64,000 nucleotides of DNA from Actinomycetota bacterium (lineage in GTDB: Bacteria > Actinomycetota > Acidimicrobiia > Acidimicrobiales > JAMCPD01), in assembly GCA_023379935.1 (NCBI GenBank), contig JAMCPD010000002.1, positions 4,411 to 68,410 on the forward strand, given 5' to 3'. The notes under the pieces are model-generated. The model was not told the DNA's origin and searched no databases. It worked only from the letters and a program-made list of their open reading frames with translations. Position numbers and translations under genes: made by a program. This document shows, in pieces, positions 10,613 through 19,775 of the stretch. The stretch's first letter is position 1. The number at the start of each line of letters is the position of its first letter.

Positions 10613-12720
10613 CCCAACTTTGCCGCTGATGCCCGCAACGCCCCTGGTAGTGGGTCTGTAAGGCCTTAATTTGGTCACTACAACCTTGTGCAACTATTGA
10701 ATGGTTTCTCAAAGTAAGTGTCCTTTACCTTCAAGGTGTCGTAGATCTCCTTGTGGCACGCGCTCTAAGAGTGGCAGAGACCCGCAAGTGATGGATCTGG
10801 TCCTTATCGTCTGTAAAGATGATGGTGGATAAGTATATGGGTGGAGAGTATCTCCTTGATGGTCGAAAAACGCCTCGTATCTCCATTTGTCCACAAGTCG
10901 TATTCGATTCCATCCATAATATGGTACGGCAAGAACCGAGATGAACAGATGTGCAGCGGTTCTCTCCGCCAACTGGTGATATACGGGTCTCAGACCGAGG
11001 TCGCTCTTTAGGGATCTAAATGCCTCCTCCACCCTTACGAGGGTCATGTACAGATTCCAGATCTCTTTTGCATCAAGATCTTTGTGGCTGGTGGTGATGG
11101 TGTAACAGCCATATAGAGATGCCCTTTTGGAGTTGCTCTCCAACTCTTTTACTTCAAGGCTTTTCAGTTTCCTCAGATTCTGGTTTTCAGATGTAATGTC
11201 ATAGAGCGGTTTAATCTCGTAGTGCTTTGCAATAGATGGATACTTGGAGGTGATCCTTCCGAGTGCATTTGCCACCTTGAACTCATTTTTGAGCCTGCCC
11301 GCATCTATGCGTTCTTTCAATTTGGAAAGAGCCTGAAAAGAAACGCACTCTGTGCGCCTCATCCATGGAGTGTTCCTTGGCGGCCCTTCCTTCTGATAGA
11401 CACAGGACCCTTGTTCCCTCCTCGCAGGGGATGGCCTTTACATAGACGGCCTCAGAACCCTTCTTCTCCATCTTGGGTGAAGCCCTCTTTTGCATTTAAG
11501 AACTGCTCTGTGTAGGTCGATCTTTTATCGGAACGCTCTATGACTATGTAGGGATATCCCCTCTTTTTCAACAGCTCCAGGTTTTCTTTGGTGGCTATCC
11601 CTCTATCCATGACGATAGACAGAGGCGTTGGAATGGTGTTCACGGCAGAAAGAGAGTCGATTATGTTAGACATTGTGGAGGGCTCAGAACGGTTCCCCTC
11701 GTAGATCTCCGAGTGCACAGGTACTCCCATCTCATCTGTCACCAGCCCAAGTGCAACTAGGCGGCAGTCGGATCTTTTCTCCTTTGAATGGCCGAACCTA
11801 GGAGCGTGGTTATCCTTGCAGCTACCCTCGAAATAGGTGTTGGTTATGTCGAAGAGCAACAGACGCCTCTTGTAGGGTATCTTCTGTGTCCAGATGCGAT
11901 TGGCCATGGCCTCTATCTCGTGTTTCTTCGCGTACAAAAGATCAGCTGTCTCATATATCGCATCTTTTCCTACTGTGGAGACGTCCATTTCTAACATCTC
12001 GGGAAGTGCACTTATCCTCGTTATCCACCTGTGGCTTAAAAGCTCTGATCCTGGAGATATGAGCCTTGCAAGTATCACCGCCTTTGCAAGGGAACGCCTC
12101 CGTGCATCAAGACCGAGAGAGGAAAAGATCTTCTCGAAGCCGACCCGCCTGTAGTATTCGCCAGCTAGAAGTTCTGCACCGAAGGAGCGGTTGAACGAGG
12201 TGGCGGCGGTTGCAACATCTACATTGACATACCTGGCCTCGCGCTTTCTTGTATCCCTCCTTTCTCTGCTGGTTGCAAGGAAGTCGTAGTGGTCAAGTGC
12301 CTTCTCGGCTGCTTTTGCTATCTCGGGATCTTCTTGCAAAAGGCTCTGAATACCGGCAAGTCGATCGGCAATTGCAGTTGCGAGGCTTTTCCACTGTGAT
12401 CTGTCGACATCTAAATGACCGAGATCCATGACCACCCGCTGGCGCGGACCAGACTTGAGTCCTTATGGACTCTACCAGCTGATGCTTTATATAGATAGCT
12501 CTGGTCTTTCTGTTCTTTGTCTCGGTCTCTCGGATGAACATGGTTTAATTATAGCACACTAATATATCAATATCAAGTATTAATTATAAATAAATAAGAT
12601 TAGGTCACTACATTTGCATATCTGTTGACCATCAGCTTTCTTACCAGCTATTTCACATCGCGGCACCCCGAAATATGGCTGTTTTGGGCATTTTTGGGAC
12701 AAATCAGCCGAAAGTTGGGT
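10613..12720 (-). mobile_element. IS1634-family-like insertion sequence, degenerate
   Basis: Imperfect terminal inverted repeats cccaactttgccgctgat (10613-10630) and atcagccgaaagttggg (12704-12720) bracket the transposase reading frames. Confidence 0.7.
10709..12541 (-). pseudogene. IS1634/IS4-superfamily DDE transposase, disrupted by at least 3 frameshifts
   Basis: The N-terminus MFIRETETKNRKTRAIYIKHQLV (12541 downward) continues in another frame as GPRQRVVMDLGHLDV. LLLFDITNTYFEG is the DDE region. The segment KGSEAVYVKAIPCEEGTRVLCLSEGRAAKE lies in a third frame, and the C-terminal 217 aa in yet another. Confidence 0.75.
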
Positions 12721-12764
12721 TAAGTGTTACACTTCGAAGTTGAATCCGCTGTATAATATATGTT

Positions 12765-13097
12765 ATGGATAATAAAGAAGTCCTATTTAATATTGCTAAA
12801 GACCTTGATTTATTTTGGTCGTATTCCAAAGATATAACTTCTGAGAATATGCCTGACGAAATTCTTATCGAAAAAATACTCGCATACGGTGATATCGATG
12901 CCCTTATATTATTATTTAAAACATATCCTTATAACATTTTATATAAAGTATGGGAAAGAGAACTTATTCCAGATGGACGTTTTGAACCGGCAAATTATTT
13001 TTTAGCGAAATTCTTTTTTAATACGAATATAAATAACATTAAAGTAGAAACAAGAATTAATAGACTTATTAAAATTATGAATAAGGAAAGAGGTTGA
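12765..13097 (+). CDS. small partner protein of the AbiEii-type nucleotidyltransferase (putative antitoxin-like, DUF6922-like)
   Basis: LFWSYSKDI....ILIEKILAYGDIDALILLFKTY resembles the small FWD...YG proteins that usually precede AbiEii NTases. The stop overlaps the start of the next gene. About 30% GC. Confidence 0.55.
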   Translation: MDNKEVLFNIAKDLDLFWSYSKDITSENMPDEILIEKILAYGDIDALILLFKTYPYNILYKVWERELIPDGRFEPANYFLAKFFFNTNINNIKVETRINRLIKIMNKERG

Positions 13098-14008
13098 AAA
13101 TGGAGAATATGTCGCTGGAAAATTTATCGCCCGATACTAAAAAAGTTTTTACCGAACTTCTAAATCAGAAATTAGATTTTTTAGAAAATTTTACTTTGGT
13201 TGGTGGATCAGCTTTAGCTATAAGGATAGGCCACAGGCAAAGCGAAGACCTTGATTTTTTCACTTATAAAGACTGGTTTAATAAGAATGAAATATTTAAA
13301 ACTCTCAGTTTCTTTAAAGATAACAAAATATTGTTAGATAGCAAGGAACAGGTTGATTTAATGTGCGGGGGCGTTAAACTGTCTTTTACGAATGTTTCTT
13401 CTAATCCTGCTTGGCATTTTTTAAAACCAGAACTGGAACAGGATAATAAAATCGGATTAGTTAATATTGCTACGCTTGACCAATCATCCGCTATGAAAAT
13501 ACATGTTCTTTTCTTAAGGTCTAAATTTAGAGACTATTATGATAATTATGTTCTATCAAAATACCATATAGGTTTGGGAAAAATATACGAAAATGCCGAA
13601 AAAGTGATTCCGGGAATGACATTTAGACTCTTTACCACGGCGTTGACATATGTAAAAGACATACAGGATGAGAATATTGATTATTTAAAGCCGACATATA
13701 AGGTTACAAAATCTGAAATACAGCAATTTTTTGAAGGGCAAATTAAAGAATATATCAAAACCGAATATTTAAAAGATAAATCAATAACTGAAGTTCAACA
13801 GGAAGGTAATAACCAATCCCAGTTTTCCTGTTATAAATCTATTTACGAAGAATCCGGTCCCGGTGCCACCGTCATGGAAATAAAAAACGACAAAAAAGAT
13901 ACTGGCTGGATTATGCATAATAAAGAAAGAATATTCACAGACAAAACAAGGACAGAGATAGAGAAGGCTATTAAGGAGCAGGACAGGAATAAGGGGATAG
14001 AGAGGTAA
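13094..14008 (+). CDS. nucleotidyltransferase AbiEii/AbiGii toxin family protein with about 75-aa C-terminal extension
   Basis: LVGGSALAIRIGHRQSEDLDFF (GGxAL..R.S.DLDF motif) and KIHVLFLRSKFRDYYDNYVL (RD.YD motif). Likely ATG at 13100. About 30% GC. Confidence 0.7.
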   Translation: MKMENMSLENLSPDTKKVFTELLNQKLDFLENFTLVGGSALAIRIGHRQSEDLDFFTYKDWFNKNEIFKTLSFFKDNKILLDSKEQVDLMCGGVKLSFTNVSSNPAWHFLKPELEQDNKIGLVNIATLDQSSAMKIHVLFLRSKFRDYYDNYVLSKYHIGLGKIYENAEKVIPGMTFRLFTTALTYVKDIQDENIDYLKPTYKVTKSEIQQFFEGQIKEYIKTEYLKDKSITEVQQEGNNQSQFSCYKSIYEESGPGATVMEIKNDKKDTGWIMHNKERIFTDKTRTEIEKAIKEQDRNKGIER

Positions 14009-14046
14009 GCGGTAATATATTTTTTTGCCACTTGTATTCTATTTTT

Positions 14047-14544
14047 GGCTCCTCGCTAGATTGTGTGGATTTGGGGGAGCGGGAGCTTCCCTGCGATGAG
14101 GTAGATGATGGTGATCATCTTGGCCTTGGAGCGGTAGCCACGAGCCCTGCGTTTGGCCGCTTGGGCGAGCGAGTTTGTTCCCTCGAGCAGCCCGTTGCTG
14201 AGCCGGCTCTGCTGCCAGGCAATGATGCCGTCCCAGTGGGCCTCGACCGTGGCGACGAACTCCTTGACCGGCTCCAGCCGTGAGCGTTTGGCCCCGTAGC
14301 ACCAGCGCCGCAGGTACGTCTCGGCCTCTTCGGTACTCGCCAACTTGTGAACTCGTTGAAGTCGTCGCGCCAACGGGCGGCGCGTGTTCCCTCGAGCCGC
14401 ATGGAGGACCGGGTGAGCTTCTCGTGTTGCTTGACGGTGAGGTTGGCCTCGTTCTTTAGCCACATGTAACGGGACCGCTTGAGTTCGGGACGGATCTTCG
14501 ACTCCGCACGACGTACTTCGTCGACCGCTTCATTGGCCTTGGCT
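14047..14544 (-). pseudogene. ISL3-family transposase remnant (C-terminal part, frameshifted, high GC)
   Basis: The terminus GGCTCCTCGCTAG at 14047 is ISL3-like. Translation gives RYMWLKNEANLTVKQHEKL, then after a frameshift EAETYLRRWCYGAKRSRLEPVKEFVATVEAHWDGIIAW...SNGLLEGTNSLAQAAKRRARGY. The 5' part is cut off at the IS3 end. Confidence 0.7.
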
Positions 14545-15135
14545 GGACCTACCCCCTAATTCCGTACATACGAATCTAAAAAATAAAGGAGAATATGTAT
14601 ATGGAAAATAACAAGAATGGAATCAAACCTTTCTTTTTTGAGTGAGTTCAAAGCTGATGCCGTAAAGCTTGTCAATTCAAGTTCCAGGCCTGTTACTCAG
14701 ATCGCGAGAGAGCTGGGAGTATCAGAAAGTGCTTTGAGGGCATGGATAAAGAAGGTAGGTAATGAAAATGACGGAGTTAAGCCTATGTCCATGGAAGAGC
14801 AGTTGAAGCTGGGCAAAAGGGAAAACGAGGAACTTTAGAATGGAGCGGGAAATCTTAAAACGCTTTGGACCTTCTGGGTGAAGGAGACAAACGGGAGATG
14901 ATATACCAGTTCATCTCCTCCCAGAAGGCCAAATTTCCTATAAAGATTCTATGTCGAGTTTGCAATGTCCCTCGTTCAAGCTATTACGACTGGATAAAAG
15001 TTGCAGATTCCAGGGCAAAAAGACAAGCAGAAAGGAATGTCTCAAAAAAGCTGGTCAGTCAAGTGCTATGAGAAGTCAAGATGCAACTACTGAGGCTACC
15101 CATAAGATCACCTTTGCACTGCGTGCTAACAATAT
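14545..15135 (+). pseudogene. IS3-family element remnant (left IR, orfA with premature stop, truncated/frameshifted orfB)
   Basis: IS3-type end TGGACCTACCCCCTAATTCCG. OrfA HTH is AVKLVNSSSRPVTQIARELGVSESALRAWIKK. OrfB N-terminus is FPIKILCRVCNVPRSSYYDW, then ITFALRANNI after a frameshift. No DDE core follows. Confidence 0.7.
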
Positions 15136-15480
15136 CGACTGGGACGCCGGTCGATTGGTCCAAGGTTCCTGTTAGACCCTATGGGTGGGAACCGGACAAA
15201 AACACCCGCAGTTCGCGGGGAAGTGCCCGAGCCGAAGGTCGTAAGACCAAAGGAGAGGAGAGGAAGACCGCTCGTTCGAATTTAGAGAACGAGGCAGTGA
15301 CCGCCCTTAATCGGGAAGCAGCCTTGACACCTGTTGGGGTGTGTGGATGAATATATCATCCCGAGGCTGCACGGCTGGAGCACCAGCCGCTCGTGTGTCA
15401 CTAAAAGACACTTGAAGAGGAACGGATAGTGTTCATGGCAGGAAGGGAGTCTATTATGGCTGACAAAGTGGAGGGCTCAG
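15136..15480 (+). mobile_element. structured GC-rich non-coding segment, possibly a truncated group II intron ribozyme (5' domains only)
   Basis: No coherent ORF. There is a series of strong local hairpins: cccgc-agttc-gcggg, ctcgttc-gaatttaga-gaacgag, ggctgg-agca-ccagcc, gtgtc-actaaaa-gacac. It interrupts IS3 orfB. The assignment rests on general resemblance only. Confidence 0.3.
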
Positions 15481-15552
15481 AGCGGTTGTTTCAAATACAC
15501 TTTTAGACTGTTAAAATCTGTGAAGTTTCCTGAGACAAATCCGCCCATTTTC

Positions 15553-15614
15553 CCTTGTTTAAGTCGCTGTTAAACAGTTAAAGCTTGATGTATCCGCTCG
15601 AGTATTTTGTGTTC
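15553..15614. repeat. 62-bp direct repeat, right copy (island boundary)
   Basis: Matches 10394-10455 at 58 of 62 positions. Contains the stop and last 14 codons of the SCP2 gene on the minus strand. Confidence 0.9.
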
Positions 15615-15953
15615 TCCAGTTAAGATATCCACCTTACCTTTAATTTTTATTCTTCCTGCAGAGAGTGCTTCTTGAATGGTCATTGTTCCTTCCGACAGTG
15701 AGTTGGCGCAGGAATAGTCTTGGGTAATGGTGAGGGATACCCTGTCCTTATTATCAATGTCTTTCATAAGAGTTACCTTGTTCGCAGATACATCAAGGTA
15801 ATAAGAGATATCCTTCCCTAAAGGTGCATCTGTTAGACAATATTGGATTACAAACGGTTCAGACAAGTCTGAAGAGTTGAAATGGCTGGTTGCTAAAAGC
15901 TTATTTGCTTGTTCAAACCATTCTGCACTTAGAAATTCCGTCATACTCGCCAT
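15570..15953 (-). CDS. SCP2 sterol-binding domain protein
   Basis: SAEWFEQANKLL at the N-terminus and AGRIKIKGKVDIL near the C-terminus are typical of the SCP2 fold. 127 aa. Confidence 0.7.
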   Translation of the reverse strand: MASMTEFLSAEWFEQANKLLATSHFNSSDLSEPFVIQYCLTDAPLGKDISYYLDVSANKVTLMKDIDNKDRVSLTITQDYSCANSLSEGTMTIQEALSAGRIKIKGKVDILTGEHKILERIHQALTV

Positions 15954-15963
15954 TGTATAGCTG

Positions 15964-17043
15964 TTATATCAGGCTGTTATCCGGCTCGTACTGTGATACG
16001 GTATCTTGGATTGAAGAGTGGGCATCTGAAGCTGTCCACCAACCCAAAGATGCGAGGGCGACGATCCCTACCCATATTACTCCGGCAACAGCCAGATGTA
16101 CGTCTGCCAGTCCTTCGGGTGCTTTGTAGAGCGCCACCAATGCTCCCAGTGCTATTTGGATCAGGAAAAATAGTCCGGTCAAAGCTGCTATGGGACGTGA
16201 TCCGGGAGTTGTGCGCCAATGTCTCCACACATGGACTAAAAAAAGTCCAATTACCAATGTAGTCAGGACAACTATTGATCTGTGCAATAACTGCAATGTA
16301 ATTAGCCCGCTGGGGGCCGGGCTGGAGAAACATAAAGGCCATGACGGGCAACTACTCTCTGCTCCTCCGTTTACCACCAATGATCCGGAGATGAGCAGCA
16401 CATAGGTACATGACAATGCAACCCATCCTGAGATTCCCAACCGTTTTACTCTTGGTTGGTTTAGAACTGTTATCGTTGAGCCTGCAGCCAAGGAGGTGGG
16501 AGGCAGGTAGGATACCACTGTTGCTACGGCCAGGACAACCATGACAGCGAGAAACAACATTGCTGTTAGCATATGAAGTGCCACTGTCCAAGGTGCATTA
16601 TGAGTGAATACGGTAACTGCCCCGAGTATAACCTGTAAGATAATCAGGGCTGATGCAACCACTGCTGGTTTTAGTGCAATTGCCGCTTGTTGACGTTGCG
16701 ACAAGATGGTTGTTCTGTCGTGATCGGTATGGTTGACGTGATCAGTACGGGTACTGCTCATACGCCAAAGTAAGAATGTGATCAAAAAGGTGAGTATCGT
16801 AATGATTGATGCCAGGTAACGGTGAGACTGTTCAAGTATCGCATGAAAATGATCTACGTATCCGACTTGTCCATAACAAAGTGGCCAGCTTGGGCATCCC
16901 ATTCCGGAGTTGGTTACCCGTACTGTACTGCCCAGAACTATCAAGGCCCATGTGATAAGCATATTGATTATAGCGAACCATGCCAACCATTTACCTGTCG
17001 GGAACAGTTGTGAGTGTTGTTGATCAGCCTTTGTTGTTTTCAT
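15964..17043 (-). CDS. ctaA: heme A synthase (COX15/CtaA family)
   Basis: Polytopic membrane protein with the paired motifs GMGCPSWPLCYG and CPSWPLCF. Confidence 0.8.
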   Translation of the reverse strand: MKTTKADQQHSQLFPTGKWLAWFAIINMLITWALIVLGSTVRVTNSGMGCPSWPLCYGQVGYVDHFHAILEQSHRYLASIITILTFLITFLLWRMSSTRTDHVNHTDHDRTTILSQRQQAAIALKPAVVASALIILQVILGAVTVFTHNAPWTVALHMLTAMLFLAVMVVLAVATVVSYLPPTSLAAGSTITVLNQPRVKRLGISGWVALSCTYVLLISGSLVVNGGAESSCPSWPLCFSSPAPSGLITLQLLHRSIVVLTTLVIGLFLVHVWRHWRTTPGSRPIAALTGLFFLIQIALGALVALYKAPEGLADVHLAVAGVIWVGIVALASLGWWTASDAHSSIQDTVSQYEPDNSLI

Positions 17044-17055
17044 ACTTCACAATAA

Positions 17056-17892
17056 TTATCTGTTTACCAGTATAGCATAGTTATCCAAAAGTGTCAATAC
17101 TTCATCCCTGCTGCCGGTTGGTATCCACAGGACAACCCTTTCCGCCCCGTTTTCAGCCAGGTTATCTACTATTTCGCAGGTTCCGATAACTCCAAAAGCC
17201 GTGACCGGTATCTTCTCTCGCCCCTTATTTCTTGCCAGTTCTTGCAGTTGGGCTACTTTTGGACCGAGCGGTTTTTGTGAAAGTCCGACATTGGGCATCC
17301 AGCCATCCCCATACTCCACTACCTTGTTATAAACCGTCTTGGCATTTCCTCCCACCAAAATTGGTGGCCCTCCTTTCTGTAGGGGTTTTGGCCAGCACCA
17401 TATAGGATCAAAGTTGACAAACTGTCCGTGAAACTCGGCTTCTTCCTCTGTCCAAATTAGCTTTAAGGCTTTAGCCTTTTCTGCCATAATCTTCCATCTC
17501 TTGGAAGGGTCTATTCCATGGTTACGCATCTCTTCTTCGTTCCAGCCTGCCCCTATCCCCAGTAATACTCTTCCTCCTGAGAGCTGGTCAAGGGTGGCAA
17601 CCTCTTTTGCCAGCTGAATTACGTCACGTTGAATTATCAGGCAGATTCCGGTTGCCAAGAGCAAACTTTTTGTCGCAGCGGCACAAGCTGCAAGGGAGAC
17701 AAAAGGATCCATTATATGGAGATACTCTTTTGGAAGTTCAATTCCACCCATGTAAGGGCTTAGCCGTGAAGTCGGGATATGGCTGTGCTCCGGTAAGAAC
17801 AGCGATTCAAATCCTCGTTCTTCAGCTGCGGTAGCTAATTCTACGATACCCATTGAGTACTCGGTCGGGAAGACAACCAGTCCTAGTTTCAT
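17056..17892 (-). CDS. LLM-class (luciferase-like) F420-dependent oxidoreductase
   Basis: MKLGLVVFPTEY...AEERGFESLFLPEHSHIP and LLGIGAGWNEEE are typical of the TIGR03619-like LLM family. Confidence 0.75.
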   Translation of the reverse strand: MKLGLVVFPTEYSMGIVELATAAEERGFESLFLPEHSHIPTSRLSPYMGGIELPKEYLHIMDPFVSLAACAAATKSLLLATGICLIIQRDVIQLAKEVATLDQLSGGRVLLGIGAGWNEEEMRNHGIDPSKRWKIMAEKAKALKLIWTEEEAEFHGQFVNFDPIWCWPKPLQKGGPPILVGGNAKTVYNKVVEYGDGWMPNVGLSQKPLGPKVAQLQELARNKGREKIPVTAFGVIGTCEIVDNLAENGAERVVLWIPTGSRDEVLTLLDNYAILVNR

Positions 17893-18053
17893 ATTGGACA
17901 GACTAGTTTAATTTATACAGTTCTATCAACTTGCACCGTTTTGTTAATTTGTGTGAGTATGGATAATACTGTTAGGTTTATCACGTTTGCGTAGTTGAAC
18001 TTGGACTGTTATAAACTGATAGTTGATATATACATAGTTGAATATCTATAAAG

Positions 18054-19775
18054 GTGTGGTTGACAATGGAGCAAGAACATTTTGATGTGGTCATAATCGG
18101 TGGAGGGCATAACGGAAGCACCTTGGCTGCTTACTTGGCCAAGTCGGGAGTCAGTGTATGCATCTTGGAGGCTCGTTCTGAATGCGGGGGCGGTCAAGAG
18201 AACACAGAAGTACGCCCGGGTTTCAAGATAGACCCTCATGCGACGTTTCTCTATGGGGGGGCGGCACCCGGTTTTGACCAGCTTGAGCTGTTCAAGTATG
18301 GAATGCGAATGGTGTGGTATTCCTCAATGGCGGGACTGGTTACATTAGATGGTATGGCTGTCAATTTGGGCGGTCGTTTTACGGCCGGGTTGGCGGAGGA
18401 AAGCATAGAAAAGTATGCACCGGGTGTCTCAACCGCGGAGGTTGGCAATATTTTTACCGCCTTGGGGGAAGCTCATATGAGAGAGCTGCTCAGAGCCTTG
18501 TTTTGGACACCTCCTTATCCATTAGATGTGGAAGTGGATCTTCGCGACATGCCATGGTGGCAGGTTTTCCGTAAGTATCTGCCGGGATTTTGGACTGAAG
18601 AACTGGTGGATATGAGCTACATAGACTTCTTGGAGGCAATGGTTACTTGGGAACCCCTCCGCGTGGTGGCTGCTTTTGGAGCCTGGTATTGTGGGGCACA
18701 TCCGGCTTGGGACGGAATGCTGCTTCCATCGTTGGGAGGGACACTGCTTTACAGCTACTCATCCGGTTCTCCGCGGGGCGGTATGCATACTTATGCTCAC
18801 GCAATAATACGTTGTGCTTTGGCTCATGGAGCACGCATTATCACCAATGCGCCCGTGGAAGAGATAATCGTCAAAAATGGTAGGGCGGTAGGGGTCCGTT
18901 TAAGTGATGATGCGGTTTTGCCCGAAAAGACCATATGGGCAGATAAGGCTGTAGTTTCGGGGGTAGACGTGAAACAAACCTTTTTACGGTTGGTTGGCAA
19001 GAAACATCTGGATGTCTCTTTTGTCCAAAAGGTAGGCGACGTTTCCTTAAAGGGCGGCAGTCTCTTCGTTATGCATGTTATATGTAGAGATCTTCCTAAC
19101 TATCACGGCATGAAAGAACCGTTCGATAAAACCGTATATCCTGCAACTATAATAGCTCCCGCTGATTCAATGGACTTCTTTTGGACACAAACCCAAGATG
19201 CTTATTCGCACAAGATCCCACCTGCTCCAACCCCTGAGCATCTGACTATGATGATCTGCAATCACGACCTTTATGATCCCACACGTTCGCCGGAAGGCTA
19301 TCACCTTCTTTCACCCATTTACATTGAAGTCCCGCCACCTCAATACGATGTAACCGGGCCGGAGGGAATCAACAGGCATAAGTCAGAGATAACAAAAGCA
19401 GCACTGAACTTGTTGGGTGAGCTTGCTCCTAATATGAAGGGGGACAACATAGTGGATGTTTTTGTAAATACCCCTTATGACTCAGAGTTTAGAAATGCCG
19501 GCATGTCGGGTGGAAACTGGTATGGTGCCAGGCAGTCTGAAGATCAGTGGTTCTCAAGGCGACCCTTGCCTGAGCTATCCAGGTATAGGACTCCCATAGA
19601 TCGTCTTTATCTGTGCAACCATACTTCTCATCCGGGTGGGCTTTGTTTGATGGCTGTGCCGTATAATTTGATGCATATTTTGATTGAAGATGGCATAGCT
19701 GAGCCGGGTAGCTGGTGGTATCCGTCAGACTGGTGGCTTAGCGAAGGTGATTCTCCAAAGGTGGAAGTAAAATGA
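18054..19775 (+). CDS. phytoene-desaturase-family (COG1233) FAD-dependent oxidoreductase, paralog 1
   Basis: FDVVIIGGGHNGSTLAAYLAKSGVSVCILEARSECGGG; C-terminal LYLCNHTSHPGG. Likely ATG at 18066. Confidence 0.8.
   Translation: MWLTMEQEHFDVVIIGGGHNGSTLAAYLAKSGVSVCILEARSECGGGQENTEVRPGFKIDPHATFLYGGAAPGFDQLELFKYGMRMVWYSSMAGLVTLDGMAVNLGGRFTAGLAEESIEKYAPGVSTAEVGNIFTALGEAHMRELLRALFWTPPYPLDVEVDLRDMPWWQVFRKYLPGFWTEELVDMSYIDFLEAMVTWEPLRVVAAFGAWYCGAHPAWDGMLLPSLGGTLLYSYSSGSPRGGMHTYAHAIIRCALAHGARIITNAPVEEIIVKNGRAVGVRLSDDAVLPEKTIWADKAVVSGVDVKQTFLRLVGKKHLDVSFVQKVGDVSLKGGSLFVMHVICRDLPNYHGMKEPFDKTVYPATIIAPADSMDFFWTQTQDAYSHKIPPAPTPEHLTMMICNHDLYDPTRSPEGYHLLSPIYIEVPPPQYDVTGPEGINRHKSEITKAALNLLGELAPNMKGDNIVDVFVNTPYDSEFRNAGMSGGNWYGARQSEDQWFSRRPLPELSRYRTPIDRLYLCNHTSHPGGLCLMAVPYNLMHILIEDGIAEPGSWWYPSDWWLSEGDSPKVEVK

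Noticed and set aside
14617-14838. IS3 orfA as an intact functional gene.
   Set aside because: The frame ends at a premature stop just before the conserved RMEREILK segment, and the cognate orfB lacks its DDE core. The whole element is therefore called a remnant.
14951-15350. ORFs 14951-15175 and 15081-15350 as possible genes.
   Set aside because: The first is the frameshifted continuation of IS3 orfB (…ITFALRANNI). The second runs through the hairpin-rich non-coding segment and has an Arg/Gly/Glu-rich nonsense-like translation.
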